Origin: Octopus sinensis
Taxonomy: Eukaryota
Assembly (NCBI RefSeq): GCF_006345805.1
Contig: NC_043008.1
Location: 9,796,001-9,860,000 of the forward strand
Reading direction: 5' to 3'
Length of the DNA: 64,000 nt
Shown here: positions 12,893-25,849 of the stretch, piece after piece
Numbering within the stretch: the stretch's first letter is position 1
Layout of the letters: each line of letters starts with the position of its first letter
The notes under the pieces: model-generated
The model's database searches: none
Seen by the model: the letters and a program-made list of their open reading frames with translations, nothing else
Told to the model about the DNA's origin: nothing
Made by a program: the position numbers and the translations under genes

Positions 12893-15800
12893 GTATGTAT
12901 GTATGTTGTATGTATATGTATGTATATATTTATATATGGTAAAATCACTTCAAATTTAATCAAATCTGAGAGAACATCGCCATTAATTTGCGAATGTCAT
13001 TTTCTTTTCTTCCTTCACAAACAATATTTTTATATTCACCATAAAATGTTATTTTTAAAGTGTTCTATGTGCCAAAGGCATCACTAAGCATTGGTCTATA
13101 TCTCAAGCAAAACAGACGAAATACAAACTGCCAGCTTGGTATGAGATGTATGAAAAATACGTGTAATTAAAATTTTCACTGTAAAGATAATTACAGATAT
13201 TATTTTGCAGCGCTCTTAGGAAAGTGGTTTTTTTTTTTTTCTCTGAGTTGACCATAATACTGTGAATGGAATTCGGTCAACAGAAAATGGACCTTCCTTT
13301 GGTTTTATGTGTGGAATGTTCCAGTTGTTCGGTCAATGGAACTGTGTAAATATTGTGTACAGTCACTTGTACAGTTAGCGCTATCTCAAGCAGAATCATT
13401 GCGGTTTTATCAAATAGAATTGACTCAAATTGGAAATGCAGTTCAAACAACCTTGACGGTAGAACTGTGAGAGAGCAGTGCATGCCATCAAAGCGACATT
13501 ATTATTATTATTATTAGTAGTAGTAGTAGTAGTAGTAGTAGAGGTGGTGGTGGTAGTAGTAGTTGTAGTATCATTATTATCATTATTATTATTACTATCC
13601 TAACCAACTATATAATAGAATAGGACAGTAAAATAAGTATATACAGATATGTGTGCATTGACTGAGAGATGCTCTAACCAACAATACGAAATATTGAGAA
13701 TCAGTTCAATAAGCATGCAGCACAGATATTCTTAACAGACATATCCTTGACGTGACACACCTGAAAGGCCTTACACTCGAAGCTTGGAGCTTATACATTT
13801 TCAAAGATATCAAAGAACTCTTGTTGACATGAAGCTGACAATCATCAATTAAAAAGAACATTTGCCATATCTTCGAGTCACGAATTCACACAAACATCTT
13901 TCTCTAAGTTTCTTTCTAAACGACAAACAAGCTAAGATCTAACAAAAGCAATTCGAATGGAAAATTTGCCGAAGTTAGATTCTTAATGAAACCTGTAAAC
14001 GTTGGAAATGTTGAAAGAAAATAATTCCTTCAAAATCATGAAGAATTTTTGTTTGGTTCCAAAATAAAAGTCCCTAAAAATGGTTTTTTTAATGTTTGTA
14101 AATGAATCTTAATTTCGTTGAAATATTGAAATTTCCTTAAATACAAATGTTTTACAATTTTACAAAGTAAATAAATGTTCAACAGCATTTCGTCCGTCTT
14201 TACATTCTGAGTTCAAATTTTGCTGAAGTCGGTTTTACCATTCATCCGTTCGGGGTCGATGAAATGGACTGGGGTCGATGAGATAGACTAACCCCATACT
14301 CCCAAAATTAAAAACCTTCTGTCAATAGTAGAAACGAATATTAAGGCAGCAAGCTGACGGAATTGTGAGAAATGCCGAACAAATTACTTGACGTCATTTC
14401 GTCCGGCTTCACGTTCTGAGTTCAAATTTCGCCGATGTCGACTTTGCTTTCATCCTTTCTTGGTCTAAAAATAAATACCAGCTGAGTACTGAATCGATAT
14501 AATCGACTAACCCTCCCCACATAATTCCAGGCCTTGGGCTTATTATATATCATTTTCTTATTATTTGTTACAATAATACATTCCAGATTCTATTATTGCC
14601 GCTGGGATTCCATTACCAAATCTTTGTGTTACTACGCAGTATAAATGAGTTAATCAATAAATGTAGATCAATCTTTTACCTCGGCATAATTACTTTAAAT
14701 GCATCATTAGCTTGTTTGATCATTATCCTGAGGTGCGAGGGTCGTATTGTAAAATATTGTGTCCTATCTTGTTCATGTTCCATTATAAAAAAAATTATCT
14801 TCGAAGATTGCAATTTTTGTAACCTAATTTCAAGAGTGTTTCTATCATTCCTTCCCAGTTCCCGTTAGGCTTACCATATTACACATGATTCCACTTCAAA
14901 ATATCCTCAATTATTATCATTAAGTTCAACTGTAATTTTATCTTCTAAAAACACACTAAAACTTTCTGCTATTATATCTGTTTATTTCCAACAATTTTCT
15001 AACAATCATTTAGCCTCGGTTATCCATATGTGTTTTTGCATTGGCACCAAAACTGTAATTATGTTTTGAAATACTTATAGCAGTGTCTTGAGAAAAAATT
15101 ACAAACTTGTATTGTGAATATTATTTTTGCATTAGTTTCTTTACAGCAGATATATCTTTGATCGTCTATGTGTCTTATTTATATAAATATATAAAAGGAT
15201 CCTCATAATTCTAATTAGACTCAAGCTATAAACGTTCTTATTCACTCGGCACACATTGTTATTTCTAGGTTATTGCAATGTATTTTTCACAAAGGCAGCC
15301 ATATTGAGAGGATAATGCTAAGAATACTGATTGGATTATCAAAAGAAATTATGTATACGTTTGATTTTTCTAAGTTTCCAGCATAGCATTTATTAATTAT
15401 ACAAGGAATCGTCTCAGAAGATTTCAGAAATAGTAACATATTTCCCTGAACCTTCACTAAAGTCACATCCACCCAAGAATTACTTAGCCATAAGAACAGT
15501 ATCTAAAACGTCCCGGACATTTACATAAGTTCTTATGATCGGGAAAACCGGACGGCTGTAAGGTCAGGAAAGAGGGACGCTTAGCGAAAGAAGAAACAAT
15601 TCAGTTAGAGAGGGCTTCAAGTAATGGGACAAGAATGGAAGTCTTATACTACAAAGGAGTTATATTTCTTTAATGTACAAAGGGAACGTAGAAAAATTAA
15701 AGAAGTGATACATATAAGGTTTGATGACATTTTAGTCAGCAAACTCAGCGCTTTACATCAGCGCAATATGGCTGCTTTACCGAAAGATAATTTTAAATAA

Positions 15801-15904
15801 TCTAAGCATGAAAACTCAGTTGTATATACATGCCCAGTACATTATTTACTTCATTTACATTATTTACATTTGACGGGTATTTGTCCTCATCTTGTTTGTT
15901 GTTA

Positions 15905-15948
15905 ACACAACGTTTCAGCTGATAAACCCTCCAGCCTTCATCAGGTAT
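15905..15948 (-). ncRNA. Minimal type I hammerhead ribozyme in a PLE pseudo-LTR
   Basis: Reverse complement reads ATAC-CTGATGA-AGGCTG(GAGGGTTTAT)CAGCT-GAAA-CGT-T^GTGT, with palindromic ACGT stem III. Confidence 0.8.
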
Positions 15949-16052
15949 CTTGGGAAAATTTCGAACCTGAGTTCTCATTCCTAAGGTATTTTTCGATCTT
16001 ATTATTATTATTATTATCATTATTATTATCATTATTATTATTATTATTATTG

Positions 16053-16093
<41 letters not shown>

Positions 16094-16097
<4 letters not shown>

Positions 16098-16166
16098 TCA
16101 TTGCCTGGAATCGAACTCGGAATATTGGGGTTAATAGCCCGCACTCTTAACCATTACGCCATATGC
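16094..16166 (-). mobile_element. tRNA(Asn)-like SINE head or tRNA pseudogene with (AAT)n tail
   Basis: Reverse complement is GCATATGGCGTAATGGTTAAGAGTGCGGGCTATTAACCCCAATATTCCGAGTTCGATTCCAGGC. It has A and B boxes and an anticodon arm resembling tRNA-Asn, but a poor acceptor stem. Confidence 0.6.
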
Positions 16167-18010
16167 TCAATAATAACATCGAAAAATACCTTAGGAATGA
16201 GAACCCAGGTTCGAAATTTCCCCCAAGACACAAGATGAAGGCTGGAGGGTATATCAGCTGAAACGTTGTGTTAACAACAAACAAGATGAGGACAAAATCC
16301 ATCAAATATAAATAATGTAAATAATTCCTCAGCTCTTAAATATAGTACATACCCAGTAGTTAAGATCATTACTATCCTTATTTAATTTAGAAATAAAGAT
16401 TTGCAATATATACATTGGAAGCACTCCGTCGGTTACGACGATGAGGGTTCCAGTTGATCCGAATCAACGGAACAGCCTGCTCATGAAATTAACGTGTAAG
16501 TGGCTGAGCACTCCACAGACACGTGCACCCTTAACGTAGTTCTCGGGGATATTCAGCGTGACACAGAGAGTGACAAGGCCGGCCTCTTGAAATACAGGTA
16601 CAACAGAAACAGGAAGAGTGAGAGAAAGTTGTGGTGAAAGAGTACAGCAGAGATCACCACCATCCCCTGCCTGAGCCTCGTGGAGCTTTTTTTAGGTGTT
16701 TTCGCTCAATAAACACTCACAACGCCCAGTCTGGGAATCGAAACTGCGATCCTATGACAACGAGTCCGCTGCCCTAACCACTGGGCCATTGCGCCTCTAC
16801 AATATATATACATATCTAATAATCAAACATAAGTGTGAAACTTAATATCGAAAAATGTTAAAATATGCAGTTACTAATCTGAAATATTATAAATTGAAGG
16901 TTTGGTCTTTCCGTTTCTGTTTTATGCAGAAACCGGAAGAATCTCTTGCTTGCTTTATTTTGATCGCGACTTTTTTTGCAAATAACAGACCACCGTGAGA
17001 TTATAATAATTATCCGATTTCCTCGGGGTATTTATTTCTGCAGTTTCCGATTCTGTATTTCATAAATCTTCCTGCTATCAAACTTGTTGTTTATTAATTA
17101 ACTGTGCTGTAGACGAACTAAATGCTGTGCTCCGTTTATTTTTAGAACTTTGTGTTTCGATATTAAACCCCCACCAGGAGCCGACTTTTACCTAATCTGT
17201 CAAGCTTCTCTGTTAAAAGAGTCAAGTATTGGAACTAATTTCATCGTAGGCGCAGGAGTGGCTGTGTGGTAAGTACCAGCCACATGGTTCCGGGTTCAGT
17301 CCCACTGCGTGGCACCTTGGGCAAGTGTCTTCTACTATAGCCTCGGGCCGACCAAAGGCTTGTGAGTGGATTTGGTAGACGGAAACTGAAAGAAGCCCGT
17401 CGTATATATGTATATATATATATATATATATGCGTGTGGTGTGTATTTGTGTGTCTGTGTTTGTCCCCCTAGCATTGCTTGACAACCGATGCTGATGTGT
17501 TTATGTCCCCGTTATTAGCGGTTCGGCAAAAGAGACCGATAGAATAAGTACTGGGCTTACAAAAAAATAAGTCCTAGGGTCGAGTTGCTCGATTAAAGGC
17601 GGTGCTCCAGCATGGCCACATTCAAATGACTGAAACAAGTAAAAGAGTAAAGAGTCTACACCTCTGTGACAAGGCGTGTAACTCTGAGCTACCTTAGAAA
17701 TTGTGGTCGTTATTATTTGGTATATACTTTAGAGAGTGAGACAAAGTACATGATACATTTAACTACGGACTTGTACGATCTAAGTTCAAATCGCACCAAG
17801 ATCACGCTTGTTCTTCATCATTTGCCTAATATCGGTCATGTATCCCTCGCCATATCGCGGTTCCCTCGCCATATCGCGGTTCCCTTGCCATATCACGGTT
17901 CACCTATCGCGTACCCAGTACATCGCAGTTCACCTAATGCGCACTCAGTACATCATGGATTTTTCTAGCTAATATATCTAAATTTATATCGCGGACTCCT
18001 CAGTTTATCG

Positions 18011-18605
18011 CAGGTCATCCCATAAGTTCTGTCCGAATTTTGAATGAAGAAAACAAGTGATCAAATGTTATATTTAATTGAAATTTAATCATCAATGTAC
18101 TTTCCCTGATTATCTATGGCTTCCTTCCATCTATTTACAAGCTTTTTAATCCCGTCAATGTAAAATTCTTTTGGTTTCAAAGCGATGAAAAGTCAGTTTC
18201 GACCTCCTCCTGGCTTGCGAAAGTTATGTCCCCCAAATGATTCTGTAAACTACGAAACAAATGGTAGTCTGAAGGAACAAGGTCAGGAGAATAAGATTGA
18301 TGAGGAAAACTTTCCCAAGCAAGCTCTTCTATCTTCTGTGATGTGATCTTTGCAGTGTGGGGTCGCACATTGTCCTGATGAAACATCACTCCTTTTCGAT
18401 TCACTAAAGCGGGTCTTTTTTTCATCAAAGCTTGGTTCAAACGCTCTAATTGCTGACAGTAGACTTGAGCATTGATTGTTGCATTAGGTGGTAATAATTC
18501 AAAGTGAATTACTCCTTTGCAATCCCACCAGATAGACAGAAGAACCTTTTTCCTATGAAGTTCCCTTCTCGGTTGTGATTGAGCATTTTCCCTTTAAGCA
18601 AGCCA
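18011..18605 (-). mobile_element. mariner (DD34D) transposase 3' fragment with terminal inverted repeat
   Basis: FHQDNVRPH..HQSYSPDLVPSDYHLFRSLQNHL. TIR-like CAGGTCATCCCATAAGTTCTGTCCGAATTTTG at about 18011. Confidence 0.88.
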
Positions 18606-18875
18606 CTGTGGAACTTGAACTCAGAACGTAAAGAGATGGAATAGATAGCACAAAGCACATTAACGTATCTATCTCACCAATACTCTAAGGAATCTGCCAA
18701 TCTCCCGCCGCCCTTTATTAGGTATACATATAGATACTGAGGTATATAGTTGGAATCCTTTATATTTGCAATAAAATCCTCACTGTGGTTGGCTTTACCT
18801 TTCGTCCTTTTGCGGTTGGTAAGTACCAGCTGTGTACTAAGGTCAGTTTAATCAACCATGCATTCCTTAAAATAT

Positions 18876-19188
18876 AGGCGGCGAGCTGGCAGAATCGTTA
18901 GTGTGCCGGGCGAAATGCTTAGCGGTATTTCGTCTGTCGCTACGTTCTGAGTTCAAATTCTGCCGAGGTCGACTTTGCCTTTCATCCTTTCGGGGTCGAT
19001 TAAATAAGTACCAGTTACGAACTGGGGTCGATATAATCGACTTAATCCCTGTGTCTCTCCTTGTTTGTACTCTCTGTGTTTAGCCCCTTGTGGGTAGTAA
19101 AGAAACAGGTATTTCGTTTGTCGTTACGTTCTGAGTTCAAATTCCGCCGAGGTCGACTTTGCCTTTCATCCTTTCGGGGGTCGATATA
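18876..19188 (+). mobile_element. SINE family A (1.5-mer)
   Basis: Same head and core. Confidence 0.85.
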
Positions 19189-20584
19189 AGAACGGTATGT
19201 CACGGCAGAAATAGCATTGATAATGCGCCAACACGATCAAGGCTGATCAGAAGTCTAAACAAAACAACAACAAAAACTATGCAGTTTCGGGGGAAGGAGT
19301 AAGTTGAAAACATCGACCCCAGTATCCAACTGGTACTTTGTCTGTCCTTGTTTGTCCCATCTATGTTTAGCCCCTTGTGTGCAATAAAGATATATATGTT
19401 AGGTATTACAATTAGGTAATGAAATGGAGACGATTGAGCAGAACTGATAGAATACACTTGATTCTAATTCCAGAGTCTTGGATAAGAAATAAAGATTTAA
19501 TGGCAATAGATTTTCCAATAATTTGGTAGCACCACAACTTTCTGTTTCCATTGTGACGAAAATTGTTTTGTTTTTGTTTTGTTTTATTGCTTTTTTTTAT
19601 TATTCTACCAGTCATTCTGGATTCTGCATGTTTTCGGAGATTTCTATAAATCAGCAGCGTTAATGAATACCCTCGCCATGGTTTACAGTATTAATTGGTT
19701 TATAACCGATATATCTACATCAATTAGTTATCATGTAATTACTTCTAATGTGTAATTCACTTGTTCGCTAACATCTCTGTAGATATTGCCTGTTTTTATA
19801 CAGTTTGTATAAATTTAGCTCTTAAAATGTTTCTAATTTTTCTGCATCTCACGTTGGAGGCATATATTTACTTAACAGAACACTTGACGCTTTCTTTCGC
19901 CTGTTTTGTTCCTTTTTTCCTATACCATTTGTTCTATTCAATATCGTTTCTCCTTCTCTTTAATGCTACAGCTATAATATACTGAAGCAGGAATTGTATT
20001 GTAGTTATGTTCTACTGTTTCATGATTTTCCTTCTTGATGTGTTCTGTTGTTATCCGCATTTACCTTCTTTTAGTATTTTCTTTTTAATAATTTCCTATC
20101 TGGTTAATTGTATTCAGTTGTTGCTTTTAAATATATCTTTCTCTGCGTTTCGACGATTTTACTCTATTTTTTGTACATGCGTACTGAGAATATTTTATCA
20201 CCAGATTTGTTAAAGCAATACTCTGATATTATTGCTTGATAGATTAAGGGAAGGCTTTTACGAATCCTAATTACTTGGTTCTGGTCCTTTGATGCATTTC
20301 TGCTTCACAGGGCTTCTGTTATTCTTTTGATTAAGTAACACACCATATGTTTTTATATCCAACGACGGGAAATTTATATCGATAATACATCTGCTGGAAT
20401 AAGATAAATCTGCTTCAAATCATTCCCTAACGTATTAAAACGCGAAGAGGACACACTGGATTATGCGGTCTTAGATATAGTCGGAAAATAAGAATGGTAT
20501 GTCACGGCAGAAATGGCTTTGATAATGAGCCAACACGATCAAGGCTGATCAGAAGTCTAAACAAAACAACAACAACAACTATGC

Positions 20585-21345
20585 AGTTTCGGGGGAAGGG
20601 GTGAGTCGATTACATCGACCTCAGTATTCAACTGGTACTTATTTTATTGACATCGAAAGGATGAAAAGCAAATTCTACCTTGGTGATATATTCTTTTCTA
20701 CTCTAGGCACAAGGCCCGAAATTTTGTGGGAGGGGGCCAGTCGATTAGATCGACCCAAGTACGCAACTGGTACTTAATTTATCGACTCCTGAAGGATGAA
20801 AGGCAAAGTCGACCTCAGTGGAATTTGAACTCACAACGTTAAGACAGACGAAATACCTGTTTCTATTTTTTTACTACCCACAAGGGGCTAAACACAGAGA
20901 GGACTAACAAGGACAGACAAAGGGATTAAGTAGATTACATCAACCCCAGTGCGAAACTGGTACTTAATTTATCGACTCCGAAAAGGTGAAAAGCAAAGTC
21001 GACCTCGGTGGAATTTGAACTCAGAACGTAATGGCAGACGAAATACCAATTTCTTTACTACCCACAGGGGGCTAAACACAGAGAGGACAAACAAGGACAG
21101 ACACACGGATTAAGTCGATTATATCGATCCCAGTGCGTAACTGGTACTTATTTAATCGACCCCGAAAGGATGAAAGGCAAAGTCAACCTCGGCGGAATTT
21201 GAACTCAGAACGTAACGGCAGATGAAATACGGGTACGCATTTCGCCCGGCGTGCTAACATATCTGCCAGCTCGCCGCCTTGACAGACGAAATACCGCTAA
21301 GCATTTCGCCCGGCGTGCTAACGTTTCTGCCAGCTCGCCACCTTA
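20585..21345 (-). mobile_element. SINE family A tandem array (about 4 units)
   Basis: Repeated CTGGTACTTA..TCGAC..GAAAGGATGAAAGGCAAAGTCGACCTCGG units; heads end at about 21278 and 21340. Confidence 0.85.
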
Positions 21346-22729
21346 CCTTGGTGATATATTGAATAACGTCGTTCTTGAAAAAAGTATATGTGGTATTTCA
21401 AAAAGCAGCGTTGTAGCGGTTGAAGCACCCGGGTCTAAGTAGCAAACTCACTGTTGTTTTCTCCGTTGGTTTAAGCCACTTTCTTCAGTTATTTCCATTT
21501 CTAGTTTTCGCTTCCAAATCCAAGGAATCACATTGCCATCAAATCAACTCGAATGTCCCTACTTGGTCAAAATCTCATAGAAAAAAAATCAACCAAATCT
21601 TCTCAAATCAAGAACATAACGTCTTAAATAAAACAGGAAGGTCGTGATAAAGAATGCACAGGTAAAAAAAAAAAAAAAGTTCTTCCCAGAGAAAGAAATT
21701 CAGGATAGTTATGGTTGGAACTCTTATCTTTTTATATCATCAAACCTGATCAACAGCTTCGTACATTAACTACTCTGTAGCAAATTTTATAATTTCATTA
21801 ATTAAGTCTCATCAACCTTCAAATGTCCAGAAATTTTCCAACTGACAAGCTTCACTATCTTTGATAGGCGACGAAAACAACATGGGATCGATGAAGGCAA
21901 GAGGAGTAAACAAACAATAAATTCTGTTATAATTACCAGTTCCTCGGCTGATATAAAACCATCAGTTATAATCTTTTAACGATTAATTTTGATCAAATAT
22001 AATTTGCGAGATTATAAGATTTTTCAGTCGCACCTGGCTACGATGCAGAACTTCTTTTGGTTTTGTTGTTATTTTATATTTTGTATTTTGTTGTTGCTGT
22101 TTGTTTTTATTACTGCTTCGTTAACTCTTCATGTATTTCTAGTTGATACAGAAAGATAATTACATTTTCTGTAACAAAATTAGTAATATTTTCTTCTCAC
22201 TTTAAGAAACAGTTTTATGTCCGTCCGCTTCACGTTTTATTATTGTTGTTGACTACTTTTTTATAAGCATCCTATCGCCACCTAAATGTGTGAAGCCATA
22301 TCGTTTGACCTGCACAAAATGCAGAAGAGCAGATGCTGCTGCTGTGCTGTTGCTGTTGCTGTTGAGCGAAGCAGTCTTCGTCCCAGGGCTCGCAGTAGGA
22401 GAAGTCCGAATCGAGGTCCTTTGCTATTCGTAAGACCCGCAGAAGAGAGAACAGCTCAACCCCCGACACCGAGAGCATCGACGGATGGATGAATGCGCAT
22501 CCAGGTTCAGCGGTTGCGTAGGAAGTCGGGGACAAGAAACAGGAAGAAAGAGTGAGAGAAAGTTGGAGCGAAAGAGTACAACAGGGGTCGCCACCACCTC
22601 CTGCAGCAGCCACGTGGGGCTGTAGGTGTTTTCGCTCCATAAACACACACAACGCCCGGTCTGGGAATCGAAACTGCGATCCTCCGACCGCGAGTCCACT
22701 GCCCTAACCACTGGGCCATTGCGCCTCCA

Positions 22730-24100
22730 CAGATGCTGCAGCCCGGTAAGACGTGATCTGGGACAAAGCACGACAGCCAGGCAGTAGCAGATGACAAAAG
22801 CGATGTAAGCATTCGCTAGCCCTGCTTTATTTTTCAGATGCAGCCTCTTCCTGTGTGAGCCTGGCCACCTAGCTCGTCACCTTGTCCTGGACCAACATAG
22901 ACTCCGAGCAATTTAATTGGCACCTTTTCAGCACTCTACTATGTTGTTGGAAGACATGGACCTGCCTTTCCATTTGACAAGCCGCAGGGCCACTCACTTT
23001 TCATTTTGTTTCTTTCACAACGTCGTAGTCCCGTGGAGCTGTACCGATCGCTTCGATGTGTCTGATGTCCGACAATATGTGATTAATTATCTGAGATCTT
23101 ATCAAAGTTTTGTTTCTTTTAATCTTATCCTATTCCTTCAGCTCAATAGTTTCGTTCTACTTGAATCTTTGTTAAGTCTGATGTCCGACAATATGACTGA
23201 TATTTCGCATGCTAGCACGCGCGAGATACTCCTCAACGTCTTCTTGCAATGGTAGCTAAAAAATCAGCACATACAGAAGTGACGAATGGTGACAGACTTG
23301 ACGGACCCAACGCTTAATGCTGAGTAGTTCCGATAGGTGGTCGTTCATCCTAACCATCCAGCACTTGTCGCTATATATTACGGCAATACAACCGCGGAAG
23401 TCGGAACCGAAACTCCATTGTATAAGATCGAAGTTGTCATGGATTGACCTGGTTCAAAATGGCGCATGTTTGCGCATCACCTGTAGAAAAATCGAATACA
23501 AGAGCCATCTTCCTTCGCTGCACCTTGCCTAAAATTTTGAAATCTGCATTTAAGAGAGATAGCCTTCAAAAATTATCAATGTGATCGCCTTCTTGAATCC
23601 CTTCTCAGCAGTGCCACCGTTTCTCGACTCACAGAAGTGGGAATTCTCTTGTTCTACAGTCTGTTGCGGCAGATACCAGCCAGGAGATACCGAAACAAGT
23701 TTCGTGTATAAAAGTGAAGCTTGCAGCGTAAACCATCATAATCAGACGATTCACCATGCGTGCAGCCAACAATCGCTTCCCGTATTTCTGCGCTGGTTAT
23801 CGACTTTTCGCAGCACATCCAGCTCCTGTCGAGAGTCACAATCCACCGAAGAGCAGCTGTAAAGTTGTACACATTTGTTTGTGATTGAGTAACATGCACC
23901 CATTATGACCTACCAAGACTGAAGTGTGACTTCGTTGCGACGTTGCGAATCTGCCACTCGGATCGAACGACTTTTGTCTTCTACTGGCTTAAAGCACATA
24001 CCTTAGCTGTGACAATTCAGTTTTCTTGATTTAAGCAATTGGATGAGAGCTAATCTCGCCGTGAGTACGTCCGTTGCAATGCCTTTACTGAACGCCTTTT
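22730..24100 (-). mobile_element. L1/Tx1-type LINE reverse transcriptase fragment, degenerate
   Basis: Minus-frame pieces include DNF*RLSLLNADFKILGKV, RSIHDNFDLI, VRMNDHLSE..VRQ and ANAYIAFVICYCLAVVLCP. Confidence 0.72.
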
Positions 24101-24640
24101 TTTTAAGTATCTAAGTCACTCTGTTTTTTCTACCGTTACAATCTTACTAAACCTGATCGATTCTATTTTAATTGCTCTTTTCTCTACTATTATTTGTTAT
24201 TCACGATCCCCCTCATCAACTCAACTAATTCTGAAGTGTTCGGCGAGCCGGGAGCGACGCGTTCTGCTCCCTTGCTTAAGACACTTCTTCACCGCTTTAA
24301 TACCAACCAACTCACTCTTGCTTATGGATACACTTGGATTTGTAAAATCTAACCATTTACAACTGTTGTGGTTAATTGTCTCGGTGTGAAGATTTCCGCT
24401 AAGTTACGAGGACTGCGGCCATACGGGAGCACCGCCCTGAAGGGTTTTAATCAAACAAATCGACCTCAGGACCTATTTCTTAAACTTAGCACTTGTTCTA
24501 TTACCGAATCGCTAAGTTACGGAGACGTTAAGCGATGATGAGGGACAACCATAGAACAACCATAGACTCAAAGACGCACATAGAGGCACACCCATATATA
24601 TATATATATATATATATGAGAACAAAATGTATGTACTCCG

Positions 24641-24690
<50 letters not shown>

Positions 24691-24925
24691 CGGCCTACGT
24701 ACACTTTGTTCTCTTATATATATTGCTCCAATCTGGCCAGCCCCAAGGAGAAACTAAGCTAAGAGCATTAGATTCCTTGGAAAAAAAGCTTCGTACACGA
24801 AACAATGACGGAAAAACGGACGATGTTACACGAATATAATACAAAAATAATACAAAAAAAAACAATAATAATAATAATAACAGGACATAGCAACAAGCGT
24901 ATATATGCATATATATATATATATA

Positions 24926-24984
<59 letters not shown>

Positions 24985-25187
24985 AACATATATATATATA
25001 TATATAAACAATGTGTTATCTATAAAAATATCTTCAGCTCAATCATTGTTATATATTTATCGAAGTTAAGTAAATAAATTTAGTTCAAGAAGCGGAAAAT
25101 GAATAAAATATGGCATGTGTAAATGGAAGTATATTTTGATGGAGAACTTTTACATTTATGAAAAGAAAATAAAGAACGGGAGAACAA

Positions 25188-25231
<44 letters not shown>

Positions 25232-25849
25232 ATAAAAGAAAGGAGGAGAGGGGGAGAGAACTAGCTCGCTTTGATTGAGCCCAACTTGTTTAGTGACAAT
25301 TAAATTTAGGTTTACTGCTTATGATATAAATGATTTCATTCAAAAATTTAGATAACAGAGTAGCTAGGAGCTATTTTTGTATTCTGGAGCAATAATTAGT
25401 TGAGGAGTACAACACACCTACATACACATGCACATGCACGCTTGCATGTATGAATACGTGTGTGTTATATATATATATACATATATATACATATATATAT
25501 ATACATATATACATATATATATATAACACACATATGTATACACATATATATGTATGTATATATATGTATGTATGTGTATATATACATATATATACACATG
25601 TATATATATATGTATGTATATACATATGTTATATGAAAAAAAATATATATATATATATATTATTTAATATTATATATATAATAATATGCATGTATATACT
25701 TTTGTAACGAACTATCACATCTTGATATATATATATATATATACATACATACATACATACATACATACATACACACACACATACATAAGGACGTGATTGC
25801 TGTTCGTTACGAAAATAGAGAGAAAATGTAGAGCTTGATACTAGATATA

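Larger units (their letters stand above)
15808..16345. mobile_element. Head-to-head pair of PLE pseudo-LTR repeats (15808-15996 -, 16169-16345 +) around (ATT)n and a tRNA-derived head; third copy at 30676-30835 (+)
   Basis: All copies share CATCGAAAAAT.CCTTAGGAATGAGAAC...GATGAAGGCTGGAGGGT.TATCAGCTGAAA...ACAAGATGAGGACAAA. The right copy has a dead core (AAGATGA). Confidence 0.75.

Noticed and set aside
14560-15530. Possible degenerate LINE (endonuclease/RT) on the minus strand
   Set aside because: Only vague resemblance; I could not recover diagnostic motifs in frame. The same applies to 19600-20330.
16094-16166. Functional tRNA-Asn gene
   Set aside because: The acceptor stem does not pair well, the anticodon is the atypical ATT, and it runs into an (AAT)n tail. 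SINE heads elsewhere were rejected as tRNA genes for similar reasons.
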